NCBI GenBank assembly: GCA_030390025.1
Contig: CM059433.1
Coordinates: forward strand, 11,782,001 to 11,842,000
Length of the DNA: 60,000 nucleotides
Origin: Squalus acanthias
Lineage: Eukaryota
Direction: 5' to 3'
Shown here: positions 1 to 11,289 of the stretch, piece by piece
Layout of the letters: the number at the start of each line of letters is the position of its first letter
Position numbering within the stretch: position 1 is the stretch's first letter
Translations under genes and position numbers: made by a program
Notes under the pieces: model-generated
The model's input: the letters and a program-made list of their open reading frames with translations, nothing else
The model's database searches: none
What the model was told of the DNA's origin: nothing

Positions 1-2390
1 AAAGCACTTTAGAGCCAATGATGTACATTTGAAGTGTAGTCACTGTTGCAATGCAGGAAACGCAACAATTTGCGCACAGCACGCTCCCACAAACAGCAAT
101 GTGATAATGACCAGATAATGGCCGTGAAATTCGGGGGAGTAGCGCCGGCCGTTAAGGCCGGTTTTTGCTGAAAAAATGGTGGCCGCCTCGCTTCCGGCGC
201 GGAGCACAGCAGCTGCCATTTTGGAGAGGTCATTAGTGCTGCCATTACCTGCGCTTGACTCTCACATGCAAATTTGCAGATTGTGATGTCAACTGGCGTG
301 CGACGCCTGAACTGACGCACAACTGCGATTGTGGGCGTCGCCGCTCAGCATACCAGCCTCTCCAAACCACGCACAGATTAACATGCGTGCAGCAGTACTA
401 CGGAGATGCTGCCAGCGCTTCTTAAAGGGACACACACATCTTTCAGGTAAGATTCGATTTTAGCTTTTGGACAGTCTTTTCACATTTTATTGCAGTCGTG
501 GCTTGTTGCAATACATTTAAAGTGTGCAGGGAGTGCAGGGAATGCTGCTGGATGCTTGCAAGGCTTTGGATGTTAAAGGAAGGCCTCTGAGAACACCCCC
601 TTGGGCTGCAACATCACAAGGAGATGAAGCAGAGGCAGCAAAGGGGACAAGCTGCTCGCAGAGGGAAGAGGAAGATGCAGAAGAGGAAGAAGAAGAGGAA
701 GAAGCAGAAGAGGATGAAGTTGAAGGAAGGAGGCAACTCAGACAGCCCCTTTCTAGCCAAGATATCTGGGATCGAATCATCCGCCTGCGGTACCAGTGAC
801 CACAACTCCAATTCCCCTTTCAACATTTGTCCCACACCTTACCTTCCCTCTGTTACTGACCATCACAGTGCCCTCTTGGACACAATGCTGAAATGAAAGC
901 CACCACAAAGCAAACTTTCCAATCCAAATTTATCCATATATGCATCCAATATTACATCAAAAAATCAACTAATCACCCTTGTGCCTTCCTCATTTCAGAC
1001 ACCCAAGAAAGGCAGTCTGCCCAGCCAGTGTTTCACCAAGAAGAGGGCAAGGAGAGTGAAGAAGAAGAAAAAACACCGTCACTTGAATTCATACTCCCAG
1101 CCCCCAGCTCCTCAAGGTCATCCTGCAAGGCCAGCTGCAGTGTCCCCCACTGAAAGTCAGCATGCCACCATGCGCGCCTTGTATATCAGAAAAGATTATG
1201 GGATGAGGGAAAGTGGGTTGTGAGAAGGAGCAAAACATATGAGGATACCAGTAGCTTGTAATTTTTCAGCACCGCCACTGGCCAAGGGCTCAGCCTTGCC
1301 CATGCCAAGAATTACCAGCACCATCTCCTCCAAGGTGGTGAGATGAAGCTAGGAATGTGAGGTGTGCCTCGTGTTTGGTACAGACTGTTGGTAGGAGAGT
1401 GATGGCCTGGGGAGGGGTCCTGCCATGAGCAGTGTGTGAGGCTAGTGGTGCAGTTGGTAGAAGACAGCTTTTGAAGATGCATTCACTGACCTTGATCGTG
1501 CATCTGAGGTCATGAAACTTTTTTGGGCACTGGAGCCAGGTCCTGGGGGCGATACTGCTGGCAGTGACGTGACGGCCTCGGTGATCTGGTCCCACATCGT
1601 TCTTTCTGGAGGGCCTCCTGCCCCCTGTGGGTAGAGGACCTCTCTTCCAGTGTTGACCCCCTGCACAAAGCTCAAGTGCTGCATCCGAGACACTGAGTGC
1701 CCTTTCCCTGTTGAGCCATTTGTGTTAGTGCTGAAGCACTTTTACCATTTTTTATGTGCAGAAGGCAGTTCAGCTTTAAGAGCTGCAGACTGTCTATTTT
1801 GGAATGATTTTTATTTTTTTTTGCAGACGACAGTTCAGCTTCAAGGTCTAGAGATTGCCTTGAAAACTAACAGCCTTGCTTTAAGGAAATGCAGTGTCAC
1901 TCCAGTGATGCGACCTTGGGCCTCCTGCTGAGCGCACAGCCTGTCAGCAGTGTGACAGTCGCTGGACTGTGCACTAAAATCACTAACTCAGCAGGCAGCA
2001 CCAAACTAACGTCCTGCCTGCGCTTTCTAAATGGGCGCGAGCAAATCTCGCCTCGCGGTGCCGCATCCGTTTTCGGGCCTTATGGAATTTCCCAGCCAAT
2101 CTGTTTTAGTGGTGTTGGTTGAGGGATGAATATTGGCCACAACACGGAGAGAACACCCCCTGCTCTTCTTCAAAATAGTAGCCATGGGATCTTTTACATC
2201 CACCTGAGAGAGCAGACGGGGCTTCGGTTTAATGTCTCATCCAAAAGACGGCACCGTCCGACAGTGCAGCACTCCCTCAGCACTGCGCTAGAGTGTCAGC
2301 CTAGATTTTGTGCTCAAGTCTCTGGAGTGGGACTTGAACCCGCAACCTTCTGACTCAGAGGCAAAAGTGCTACCCACTGAGCCAGCACTG
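1..2390 (-). mobile_element. tRNA-derived Deu-domain SINE (SacSINE1/AmnSINE-like) split by a Harbinger insertion (SINE parts 1-119 and 2098-2390)
   Basis: The two halves join into the same sequence as the intact copies at 7930-8392 and 40245-40713. A tRNA-like head with A/B boxes lies at about 2320-2390. Confidence 0.8.
120..2097. mobile_element. Internally deleted PIF/Harbinger transposon with remnants of both genes
   Basis: Imperfect TIRs GGCCGTGAAATTC / GAATTTCCCAGCC and 3-bp TSD AAT. The minus strand at about 1490-1700 gives a frameshifted Myb/SANT-like segment (WDQITEAVTS...PRTWLQCPKKFHDL). The plus strand at about 590-799 gives an acidic tail ending WDRIIRLRYQ*, consistent with a HARBI1-type transposase C-terminus. 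The two remnants are convergent. Confidence 0.8.
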
Positions 2391-2578
2391 AGTGAAAGTG
2401 GCCACTCATGCTTGCATATGGTCTCACTCGTATCAGCATCACTCAGCTACCTTTCCCAAGAAACTGTTGTTCCTGTGTGACCCTAGGTATTGAATGTTGG
2501 GAGCTTAATCAACTGTTATGGGGCGAAGCTTGATGCTGTCTTCACACACGTATACTTTTCAGCAGGGATAGTAGGCAC

Positions 2579-2807
2579 TGACATGAATCTTGTCATTCAT
2601 GTGGAAATGACTTATGAAGTAATACTGGGTGGCCTGCTGGTGGCGCTGTCCAGGGAGAGTATAAATACTCGGGCATGGGCCCAGCTTGCTCAGGACATTC
2701 CTCAACAGGAACTAGTGAAGGACACAACTAGATCTCCATGTTGTAAAACAGTTGATTAAAGCTTTGTTTAATGCTTAGACCAAGTGCCTAGTAGTTTTCT
2801 TACATCA
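2579..2807 (+). mobile_element. Solo LTR (229 bp), copy 1
   Basis: TG...CA ends, 5-bp TSD GGCAC, internal TATAAATA and ATTAAA. Near-identical to 23397-23625 and 37328-37546. Confidence 0.85.
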
Positions 2808-2879
2808 GGCACTACGGCCAATTTTTCCCCTCCCTACCCCAATCTTTTAAATGTATATTCTGAATTCACTTTTAGAGAC

Positions 2880-2990
2880 ACTCTGGATGACCTAGAACTT
2901 CAAGGGGTCAAGGTGAATGGAAATTGATAACCAACCTAAGGTACACTAATGACACAGTACTGACTGCAAAGATTTCCAAGGTAAGCTCTG
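2880..2990 (+). mobile_element. Degenerate RTE-type LINE RT fragment
   Basis: Reads roughly GVKVNG..ITNLRY(AD)DTVL, the RTE-like RT catalytic region, mutated. Confidence 0.45.
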
Positions 2991-3015
2991 CTCACAATCT
3001 GCTTAATGTTATAAT

Positions 3016-3764
3016 GGCCCAGAAATTAGACTTCGATGGTTGCCGCGGGGGTAAGGATCCGGTGCGATCTTACCTATCGCGCCTGCCTTTATGGTTCGGG
3101 CCCACACGAACTTCTGGTCCTGGGCCTCTCCCTGGTGCCGGCACGCAGTGTGTGCGTGTCCCAGAGGTGCAGTTAGTTCGATGCGACCTCTGGGATCACG
3201 TGGGCCAGTTAGAGCCAATGGCAGCACACCATCTTTCATTCATAGTTTTGACAGGAGAATACAACTTGCCCCCAAAAGAACAGCTAAACCTCAATTAAAT
3301 TTTTTTTTAAAAACATCACATTAATAAAATAACTATAGTTAAATAAATTAACCACTTTAAACAAAAATTTAAATTTTTGAAAAAATTTAAATTCTTTTTA
3401 AAAGTTATAAAAATAAACTTACCTTTCTTTAAAGTCTCTAAAAAAGATAAACCTGTTGAAAAAAAATTAAAATAATACTTAATTAACTACTTACCTTGTT
3501 AAAAGGGGGTCTTACGCCTCCTTTTTTCATGTGTAAAATCTTCCATACTTACCCTCGCGTTCAAACCTGAAAAAAAACCTAAGTGTGCTGCGTGCGCACA
3601 GCCTGTAGTGCACACGCGGTTCACCTAGGAACCGCCCCCTTCGCAATATCGGAAGTGCCGGTTTCCCGCGCATGCGCAGTGCATGCAGGAAACCGGCACT
3701 TCGGGACCGAATACGGGTGAGTACACAATGCGTACTCTCCCGTATTCGGCCGAATTTCTGGGCC
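3016..3764. mobile_element. Non-autonomous Harbinger-like element (MITE)
   Basis: Perfect 12-bp TIR GGCCCAGAAATT / AATTTCTGGGCC, GC-rich arms and an AT-rich core. Flanking triplets are AAT/ATT (imperfect). Confidence 0.7.
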
Positions 3765-4689
3765 ATTATTGTTGTCTGACAAAGCACCTGAGCAGCACTT
3801 CAGTTTAAGCTGGAAGCAGTATCACAGAAGGGGTATATACAGCACTCTGGCAACTTGTTTATAGTAACATGTTAATCTGTTGGGCAGGAGAAGAGCATCA
3901 GTCTATTTCACCTACCATTCCAAACCTCCCTTCAGTTTCCTAACTATGATGCGGGGTCAATAACCTTGCATCCCCTTTCCTAATAGGAATTCAAGAGCTT
4001 TTTTACAACATGCCATAGCTTTCTGTTCCAACACCCCTGCTGGTAATCTGCACCATAATTCCAGCACCCTCTTGCGAAAAAAAATTTTTACCAAATTTTG
4101 CTATTTTCTTTTTGACACCCTTAACTTGAAACTGTGCCCCTCCCGCCCCACCTTGGAGAGTCTGGACATGGAGGCAATAGCAGGAGTGGGAGGGCGAGAT
4201 GAGAGACGTTCACCAAGTCCATGGCCAGTATCATCTTTTGCTTTTCATTCTTTGTCATCTTTACTCAATCACTCGTTTATTTCTTCATACACAGACATAC
4301 ACGGCAGAACTGCATTCTGACACACTGGAGTATCTTGCTATCTAAGCGCTGCTTCAAGGGGCGTCTTACTCCCAACATTCTAAACTCTGTTCCTCTTCTG
4401 CGCCTTTAGGTTCCCAAGCGGTGGAGATGACAGGGTGCAATATGGAGCCTGCACCACACATTTCACAGAACCAGGCATCACCAACTCCTACAGTGGCAAG
4501 CACCATCCAGGGGAGGGGTCATTTAGAGAGTAGTAGAAGGGGGCACTTGGTGAAGCATAAAGCACAAGGGAGGAAGAGCAAATGCAAGTGGAATTGGAGT
4601 TGCTCCAGTCTTCTGACTGGAGGCCTAACCCAAGGGCTCCGGCAGCTGCTGAAACCAAGGCTTCAGAACTCATAGGACCTGCTTACAAA

Positions 4690-5238
4690 CATAAGAACAT
4701 AAGAAACAGGAGCAGGAATAGGCCACTCGGCCCCTCGAGCCTGCTCCGCCATTCAATAAGATCATGGCTGATCTTGGGCTCAAAGCCACTTCCCCGCCCA
4801 CTCCCCATAACCCTTCACTCCCTTATCTTGCAAAAATCTGTCTATCTCCACCTTAAATGCATTTAATGACTCAGCCTCCACGGCTCTCTGGGGCAGAGAA
4901 TTCCACAGATTTACGACCCTCTGAGAGAAGAAATTCCTCCTCATCTCAGTTCTAAAAGGGCGACCCTTTATTGTGAAACTATGCCCCCGAGTTCTAGATT
5001 TCCCCACAAGGGGAAACATCCTCGCTGCATCTACCTTGTCGAGCCCCCTCAGTATCTTATATGTTTCAATAAGATCACCTCTCATTCTTCTAAATTCCAA
5101 TGAGTATAGGCCCAACCTGCTCAACCTTTCTGCATAAGTCAACCCCCTCATCTCTGGAATTAACCGAGTGAATCGTCTCTGAACTGTCTCCAATGCAAGT
5201 ATATCCTTCCTTAAATAAGGAGACCAAAACTGTACGCA
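4690..5238 (-). mobile_element. CR1 LINE 3' fragment
   Basis: ORF 4780-5193 (VQRRFTRLIP...LYSLEFRRMRGDLIETYKI...WNSLP) plus 3' UTR with (TTCTTATG)n tail. Confidence 0.92.
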
Positions 5239-6324
5239 ATTTGACAGCTCAGTATCATCAGTTTATGCAGTCATTAGGGAGTGGGTCCAAGCTGCAGACC
5301 ACCATGGGGAATGTGTTATCTGAAGCACATCGAAGCCCCCGCCCCTTCTTGGTTGAGGTCCTAAACTCAGCCATAGCTTCCTTAACAAATGCTAAGAATA
5401 AGGCACCAGAGACCTGGGGTTCCAATCTACAGCAGTCTGTCTTCCCTGCAGTCACTATGTTAGGGATCCCAAAAATGCATCCTCATAGCTGCTCAGAGGT
5501 CGACACTCCTGCAGATCTCTGGTCATGCTGAGAGAGTGCTCAGCAGCACGGAATGGCAGGATCTTGCGTGGCTGAAACTGGTGCCTTTGCAAGCAAAGCC
5601 ACATTCATTCACTTCATCCCAGCCGCCCTTTTCAAGCGACTACAGATGTGATGTACAACACACATGCCCACGCAATCACCACATCAATACCCAGCACAGG
5701 GAGGTAGTGGACCGCCTCCATCCATAGAGAAAGACAGTGATATCCAGCAGCCATCCACCTCACTTTCTCCTCCCACTAGGGAAACACTGAGAAAGAGCAT
5801 GCAGTTAGAAAGAAGATACACACCATACACTCTCACTAAGGAGAAACAAACACGCCTGCACAGCACAGTAAGGATTATAAAAGTCAAAATAACTAATCTG
5901 CCCTGACAGTTCTCTTTGTATGAGGTAGTTTAATGTTGTTGGGAAGCAATTCAGTTGTACTCATGGGTTTTGATGTACAGCTGGAACCAATTGAAGCAAT
6001 GTTTTATTTGTCAAGGGTGTTGGGCACATGTGCAGATGCTTGCTGTGCCCTGGGTGTTATGGGGGACGGAAATCACTGCGGTACTAGCAATGTTGGCTCA
6101 AGGGAGAAAATGTTTTTTTGGTTTTTTTTCTCCCATTTAAATGGCCCAACCAGTACAGTTACTCACTCTCCTAAGGCGTCAACCGAACCTTGACAATTAA
6201 TTTGAATGCACTTGCCGTCACTTCGAAGGGGAAATCCTGGAAGTGGCCACGGAGGCCAGGAATCTGGCAACATCACTCATCGCTATATTTCCCGCACCCA
6301 GCAATGAACCAAAAATGGAACCAG

Positions 6325-6539
6325 GGAGTGGTGAGGACCTGGAACTCGCTGCCGACGGAAGTGGTGGAAGCGGAGACACTCAATGTTTTTAAGGGGAGAC
6401 TGGATAGGCACTTGAGGGAAATAAACTTGCAGGGCTACGGGGATAGAGCGGGGGAATGGAACTGACTGGATTGCTCTACAAAGAGCTGGCACGGACTCGA
6501 TGGGCCGAATGGCCTCTTTCTGTGCCGTTATGACTCTAT
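6325..6539 (+). mobile_element. CR1 3' end; its tail is interrupted by a MITE
   Basis: VVRTWNSLPTEVVEAETL... followed by a GGGCCGAATGGCCT hairpin and a TATGACTC tail that resumes at 7435. Confidence 0.85.
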
Positions 6540-7434
6540 GGGGGAAAAATTCAGTATCACCCCATTTGGGGTGCAATTATCGGCCGGGCGCAAAGATTAG
6601 CGCCTGGCGCTAATTATCGCCTCCGACTGCAAACTTGACTTTTATCGTCCCTGGAGGTGATTGGAGCGCTAAATCAGGCGCTACACATCTGTCTTAAGGC
6701 GCAAAGGCCGAGGAGCGAGGTGCTAACTCAGAGCGCTGGCGAAGCTCATGTGATGTCAGTCAGCAATGGAACACAGACACAATGGCCCCGGCCAGTTCTT
6801 AAAGGGGAGGGTTGATCTTGCTTTCCATCCACATCCTGCTCATTGCAGCCTTGAATCTTGGCCTGGAGAGACCTCTACATCGAATCTGCTGGAAAGAACA
6901 ATGGAGAGGCCCAGGGAAAGAGCTCAGAGTGCAGCCCCCACAGTCTCTTCTAAATCGATACAAGGAATGGCAAATCAAAATGAACCTGCAAAGTGCTGCT
7001 CAGTACCCAAAACTCCTTCACACAGCGTTGAATCTCTCCAGAAGTCTCTCTCTCTCTCTCTCTCAGAATGCGTGGTGCAAAAATGTCGGCAACAAAAAAA
7101 GGCAGGAAGCGGTCGCCTTTAAATAGCGTTCCCCCAGTCCCTTCCTGACTGCAGAATGCTCCCCTCAACCTGTCGTTGCTAGCGGCAGGCGGTAAGGCAG
7201 GGGGTGCCACTCAATATCCGCTCCGGGGCGATACTGGGGCGTTGCGCACTCGACTGACGTCACAATCTGCCGGCGCAGGAGATCGTGGCGGTACTGTTTA
7301 GCGCCACCGCAAAATGTCTAGTTAATTTCACGAGCGCCGCAAACATCGCCGCGCCCAGGCGCTAGATGCTTTGCGCCCCATTAGCGCCCTCTTAAGGCGC
7401 TAACGGGAGGTGCAACCAACTGAATTTTTCCCCC
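6540..7434 (+). mobile_element. Harbinger-type MITE, family A (about 0.9 kb)
   Basis: TIR GGGGGAAAAATTCAGT / ACTGAATTTTTCCCCC and TSD TAT. Highly similar to 16955-17791 and 35529-36419. Confidence 0.88.
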
Positions 7435-7929
7435 TATGACTCTATATTTGGACCTATAGATCAGGTAAAGCTCAGTCACAGTTCCCTTGGCAAACAGCCA
7501 CAGATGGCAAATGAGGTGGGATATTAAGAGGTTGTGATCAGCTGTAGCCGTAAAACCCGAGGACACTGTGAATTAAATAATGAAATTGTTGCATCAACCT
7601 GCATTATCTCGGCGCAGCTATCAAGCAGTCTCCTCTTTGAGGAGCAGGTACTAACATGGGTGAAGGGGGCCAAACATCCAGCGCCCCTTTTGTGTTGCCG
7701 CTGAGCATCAAGAGGTATTGAAACAGGATTACAGAATAAGGACGTCATTGGCATTTATTTACAGCCTTAATGAACACCTGGTAACACAGGCACTCAGCAG
7801 CATAGGTGTGTCCCTGCTGCATCACACCACACCAAGCACACTGGGCGCACAGCAGGCTTCAATAGCTGATAAGACAGACGGCCTGTACCTGAGGAACAGC
7901 AGCACTACAGGTGGCAAACATCACATTAT

Positions 7930-8392
7930 GAAAGAAAGACAGACTTGCATTTATATAGCGTCTTTCATGACCACCGGACGTCTCAAAGCGCTTTACAGCC
8001 AATGAAGTACTTTTTGGAGTGTCGTCATTATTGTAATGTGGGAACCGCGGCAGCCAATTTGCTCACAGCAAGCTCCCAATGTGATACATCCAGATAATCT
8101 GTTTTTGTTATGTTGGTTGAGGGATTAATAGTGACCAGGACACCGGGGATAAATTCCCCGCTCTTCTTCGAAATAGTGCCATGGGACCTTTTACGTCCAC
8201 CTGAGAGACCAGACGGGCCCTCGGTTTAATGTCTTGTCCGAAAGACGGCACCTCCGACTAGTTCAATACTCCCTCAGCACTGCACTGGGGTGTCAGCCTA
8301 GATTTTATGTGTTCAGGTCCCTGGAGTGGGACTTGAACCCACAACTTTCTAACTCGGAGGCGAGTGTGCTACCCACTGAGCCACAGCTGACA
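7930..8392 (-). mobile_element. Full-length Deu-domain SINE
   Basis: tRNA-like head, Deu-like core (AGACATTAAACCGAGG...GTGGACGTAAAAG) and L2-like tail (GCTATATAAATGCAAGTC). Confidence 0.85.
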
Positions 8393-8442
8393 CTATGTAT
8401 TGTATATGTTCTGTGCTCTGTCGTAATTTGTCTATATCATTC

Positions 8443-9498
8443 GGGGTAATTTTAACCCCCAAAATCGGGTGGGTTGGGGTCGGGTGAGATGTACAAATTC
8501 TCAAACTAGACCCTAACCAGCCTCCAACCCGCCAACTTCTGGGTTTAGCAGAGGTGGGACCAGGGGCGGGCAGCCAACCCGCTCCCAGGAGGCTGGATGT
8601 CCATTTAAATATTATAATGTGGCTGGGAACCTCAGCTTTAACCTGTCTTACAGGTTTAATCCTGGCCAGTCGGGTTTCCCAGGCCTCGGGAAACCCGGCA
8701 ACTCAAGGAAGGCAAGGCCAGCATTGGGGAAAAGGTAACAGCCCTTACAGCTCTCTTTGTGGGCCTGGTGGAGCAGGGGTACCTTTTACCCTGCCATCGG
8801 ACCCCCCCCACCATCCAAAGACAACACCCCCCCGATCGGGGATCGGACACCCCCAGGATCCGAAACCCCCGCCTGGGATTGGGGATCTGACCCCCCACTC
8901 CCCGGGATCAGACCCCCCCCCCCCCCCCAACCCAGGATCGGACCATTCCCCCAACTACCACCCCCCCTCCCCTCCCGGGATCAGGGATCAGACCCCCGCC
9001 CCAGGATTGAGGATCTGATCTCCTCCCTGTGGGATCAGACCCCCGGGATCGGACCATTCCCCTCCCCTCCCCCCTGGGATCATGGATCAGAGCCAGCCCG
9101 CCCCCACCCCGCGCTCCCACTAACGCAGCAGCAGGTTCCTTACCTGTTCCTGCTCCTGTGGCCTCCTCCAAAACGTTTCCCGCCTGCCAGGGAGCCAAGC
9201 CTGTCAATCAGCCTGGCTGCCGGGCAGGGAACTTGTGTGGGAGCTTGTGGATATTTTTGTCCAGGGCGACTACATCTGGCTTGAGGAACTTCAGCTCCGA
9301 GTTGAGGAGCTGGAGTTCGAGCTGTAGACATTGCGAGACATCAGGGAGGGAGAAAGTTACCTGGACCTTTTGCTCCAGGAGGCAGCCACACCCACAAAAA
9401 CTCCACAGCCTGCGGGAAACCTGAACTTCTGGGTTTCCCTACCAAACGTCCTCCACCCCCCCACCGCTTACGCAACCCGCCCCTGCCAATATCGGGGC
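8443..9498. mobile_element. Probable Harbinger-like non-autonomous element with an internal CCCCGGGATCGGA-type degenerate tandem repeat (about 8790-9100)
   Basis: GGGGTAATTTT and AATATCGGGGCC ends resemble the other Harbinger termini here. The TIR match is weak. Confidence 0.5.
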
Positions 9499-10039
9499 CA
9501 TTGTTTCTCTAAATTATCTGATTGCAAATAAATTTCAGGCTGTGTGGAATCAGTCTAACATTTGATATTTTCCACCTTTCGGATTCACAGAAATCGCATT
9601 GGGCATTCCGTGCGAAACCCAGTAAACAACATACGGAGATCAGGGTTAACTGTTAGACCCAGGGTACGGTAATGCAGTGCAAGAGAAAGTCAAAGAAGTA
9701 AGGATCGGATCGTGAGGAAAGTAGTCTGTTTATGGAAAGTGTGCGCACAAGCAAAGGGTGTTGGAAAAGGCAGATGGATTGAAAATAAATACGAAGAAGA
9801 CAAATCAGCAGTAATCATAAAGAAAGAAGGCATCCCAAAAATTGACCTTAGAATGAACAACATGGACACACAGCAAAGTGGGCAAAAGTGTTTACTTGGA
9901 GTAGAATGCCGAAGCAGAGATACAATCAGCTTATGCAAGAGACCAGAAAGTGTGAAGTACGTTAGTTACCATCCTCCAAAGTGGAGAAGGCACAGAGAGA
10001 GTTGAGAGAGAGAAAGCCATGGGGGAAATGAAACAAACG

Positions 10040-10120
10040 GTAGCACCTCCAATGCTGCCCTGGCTGAAATCAGCTACCGAAGCACAGATCAGGGATCAAA
10101 CTTGGGACCTTTTTGAGCTG
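10040..10120 (-). mobile_element. LF-SINE-like fragment
   Basis: Reverse complement resembles the TCTGTGCTGAGTTAGCTGATCTCAGC core seen at 43699-43950. Confidence 0.4.
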
Positions 10121-10939
10121 TGTGATTTACTGCTAATCATAATACATGCACCAATCAAGATTGACCAGCTAAAATTGAGATGTTTGCATTAATAAGATTG
10201 TAAATCTCAGTTCTGCCTGGGCAAATGCACCAAGTGCTTTGGTACTGAACCATACTGATCTGTAAGGTTCCAGGTTCAATTACACTTTTGATCAATTTAT
10301 TAATAAGAACGTAAATATTTTGTCAAAATGCGATAATTTCACAATTTCAGTTTTCTGTCTTGAACTTTTATCAACTTTGTCAAATCTCTTACACATTGTT
10401 TCCCCGCATTTTATTTATGAGGGGATTTCCCGACATCAGGGAGCAACTGATTAAATATTACTAACGTCGGTTACAGTCAGGAAGCTGTCAGCTGAACTTT
10501 CTCCATTTTACGCTCATTCAATGGGTGAAGCAAAGACGCTCTAATCAAAACATACATTATCTGTTTCTTTAGGAGTGAATCTTGCCAAATATTAGTGCTC
10601 CTTGCTCTGCTCTCATTGCTGGAGCTGGCTCAGTTTGTCTAGCCTTGCCTTATCAGACTCGAGTCGTCGTTGGCTTGTTCTCTCTACACAGATGCGGCCG
10701 GACCTGTTGTGATTTCCAGCAAAAAAAGTTTTTTGTTTTCCATACAGACCCCAGCATCTGCCACATTTGACCCCTTGTGACCCCACCTCATTGTCTTTGA
10801 TGTAATGTTTTCCTGACTGACCTGTTTGGACACCATCCACACCTTTGATTGCCGTGATTATCTCTCTGCCGAGGTGTGATAAAGGGCAGTTGGAAAGATT
10901 AACTGTAATCATCTGGCAGTGTTCTCTGACTATTTATGC

Positions 10940-11090
10940 TGTGCCTATATGTATCTCTTCACTTCACCTGACGAAGGAGCAGTGCTCCGAAAGCTTGTGA
11001 TTTCAAATAAAGCTGTTGGACTATAACCTGGTGTTGTGCGACTTCTCACATTTGTCCACCCCAGTCCAACACCGGCAGCTCCACATCATT
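10940..11090 (+). mobile_element. Penelope-like element 3' end (pLTR fragment)
   Basis: Same sequence family as 14820-15523; contains a hammerhead motif followed by AATAAA. Confidence 0.7.
10964..11000 (+). ncRNA. Minimal type I hammerhead ribozyme motif (Penelope-associated)
   Basis: UCAC-CUGACGA-A-GGAGC-AGU-GCUCC-GAA-AGCU-U-GUGA: stem I UCAC/GUGA, conserved core, 5-bp stem II, palindromic AGCU in place of stem III. Confidence 0.7.
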
Positions 11091-11289
11091 ATCAGGTATT
11101 AGTATTCCTGTTATAAAATCTTGACCTGAAATCATAGAACATCATAGCACAGAACAGGCCATTTTACCCATCAAGTCTGCACTGGTGTTTTTTGCCACGA
11201 GACATCTAGTCTAATCCTACTCTCCTCCTTGCTCACAACACCCTTTAACATTCCTCTTATTCAACAACCAACTATCTAACTGCTGTCTG

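Noticed and set aside
8554..9424. Proline-rich ORFs
   Set aside because: They arise from a C-rich degenerate repeat inside a probable non-autonomous element.
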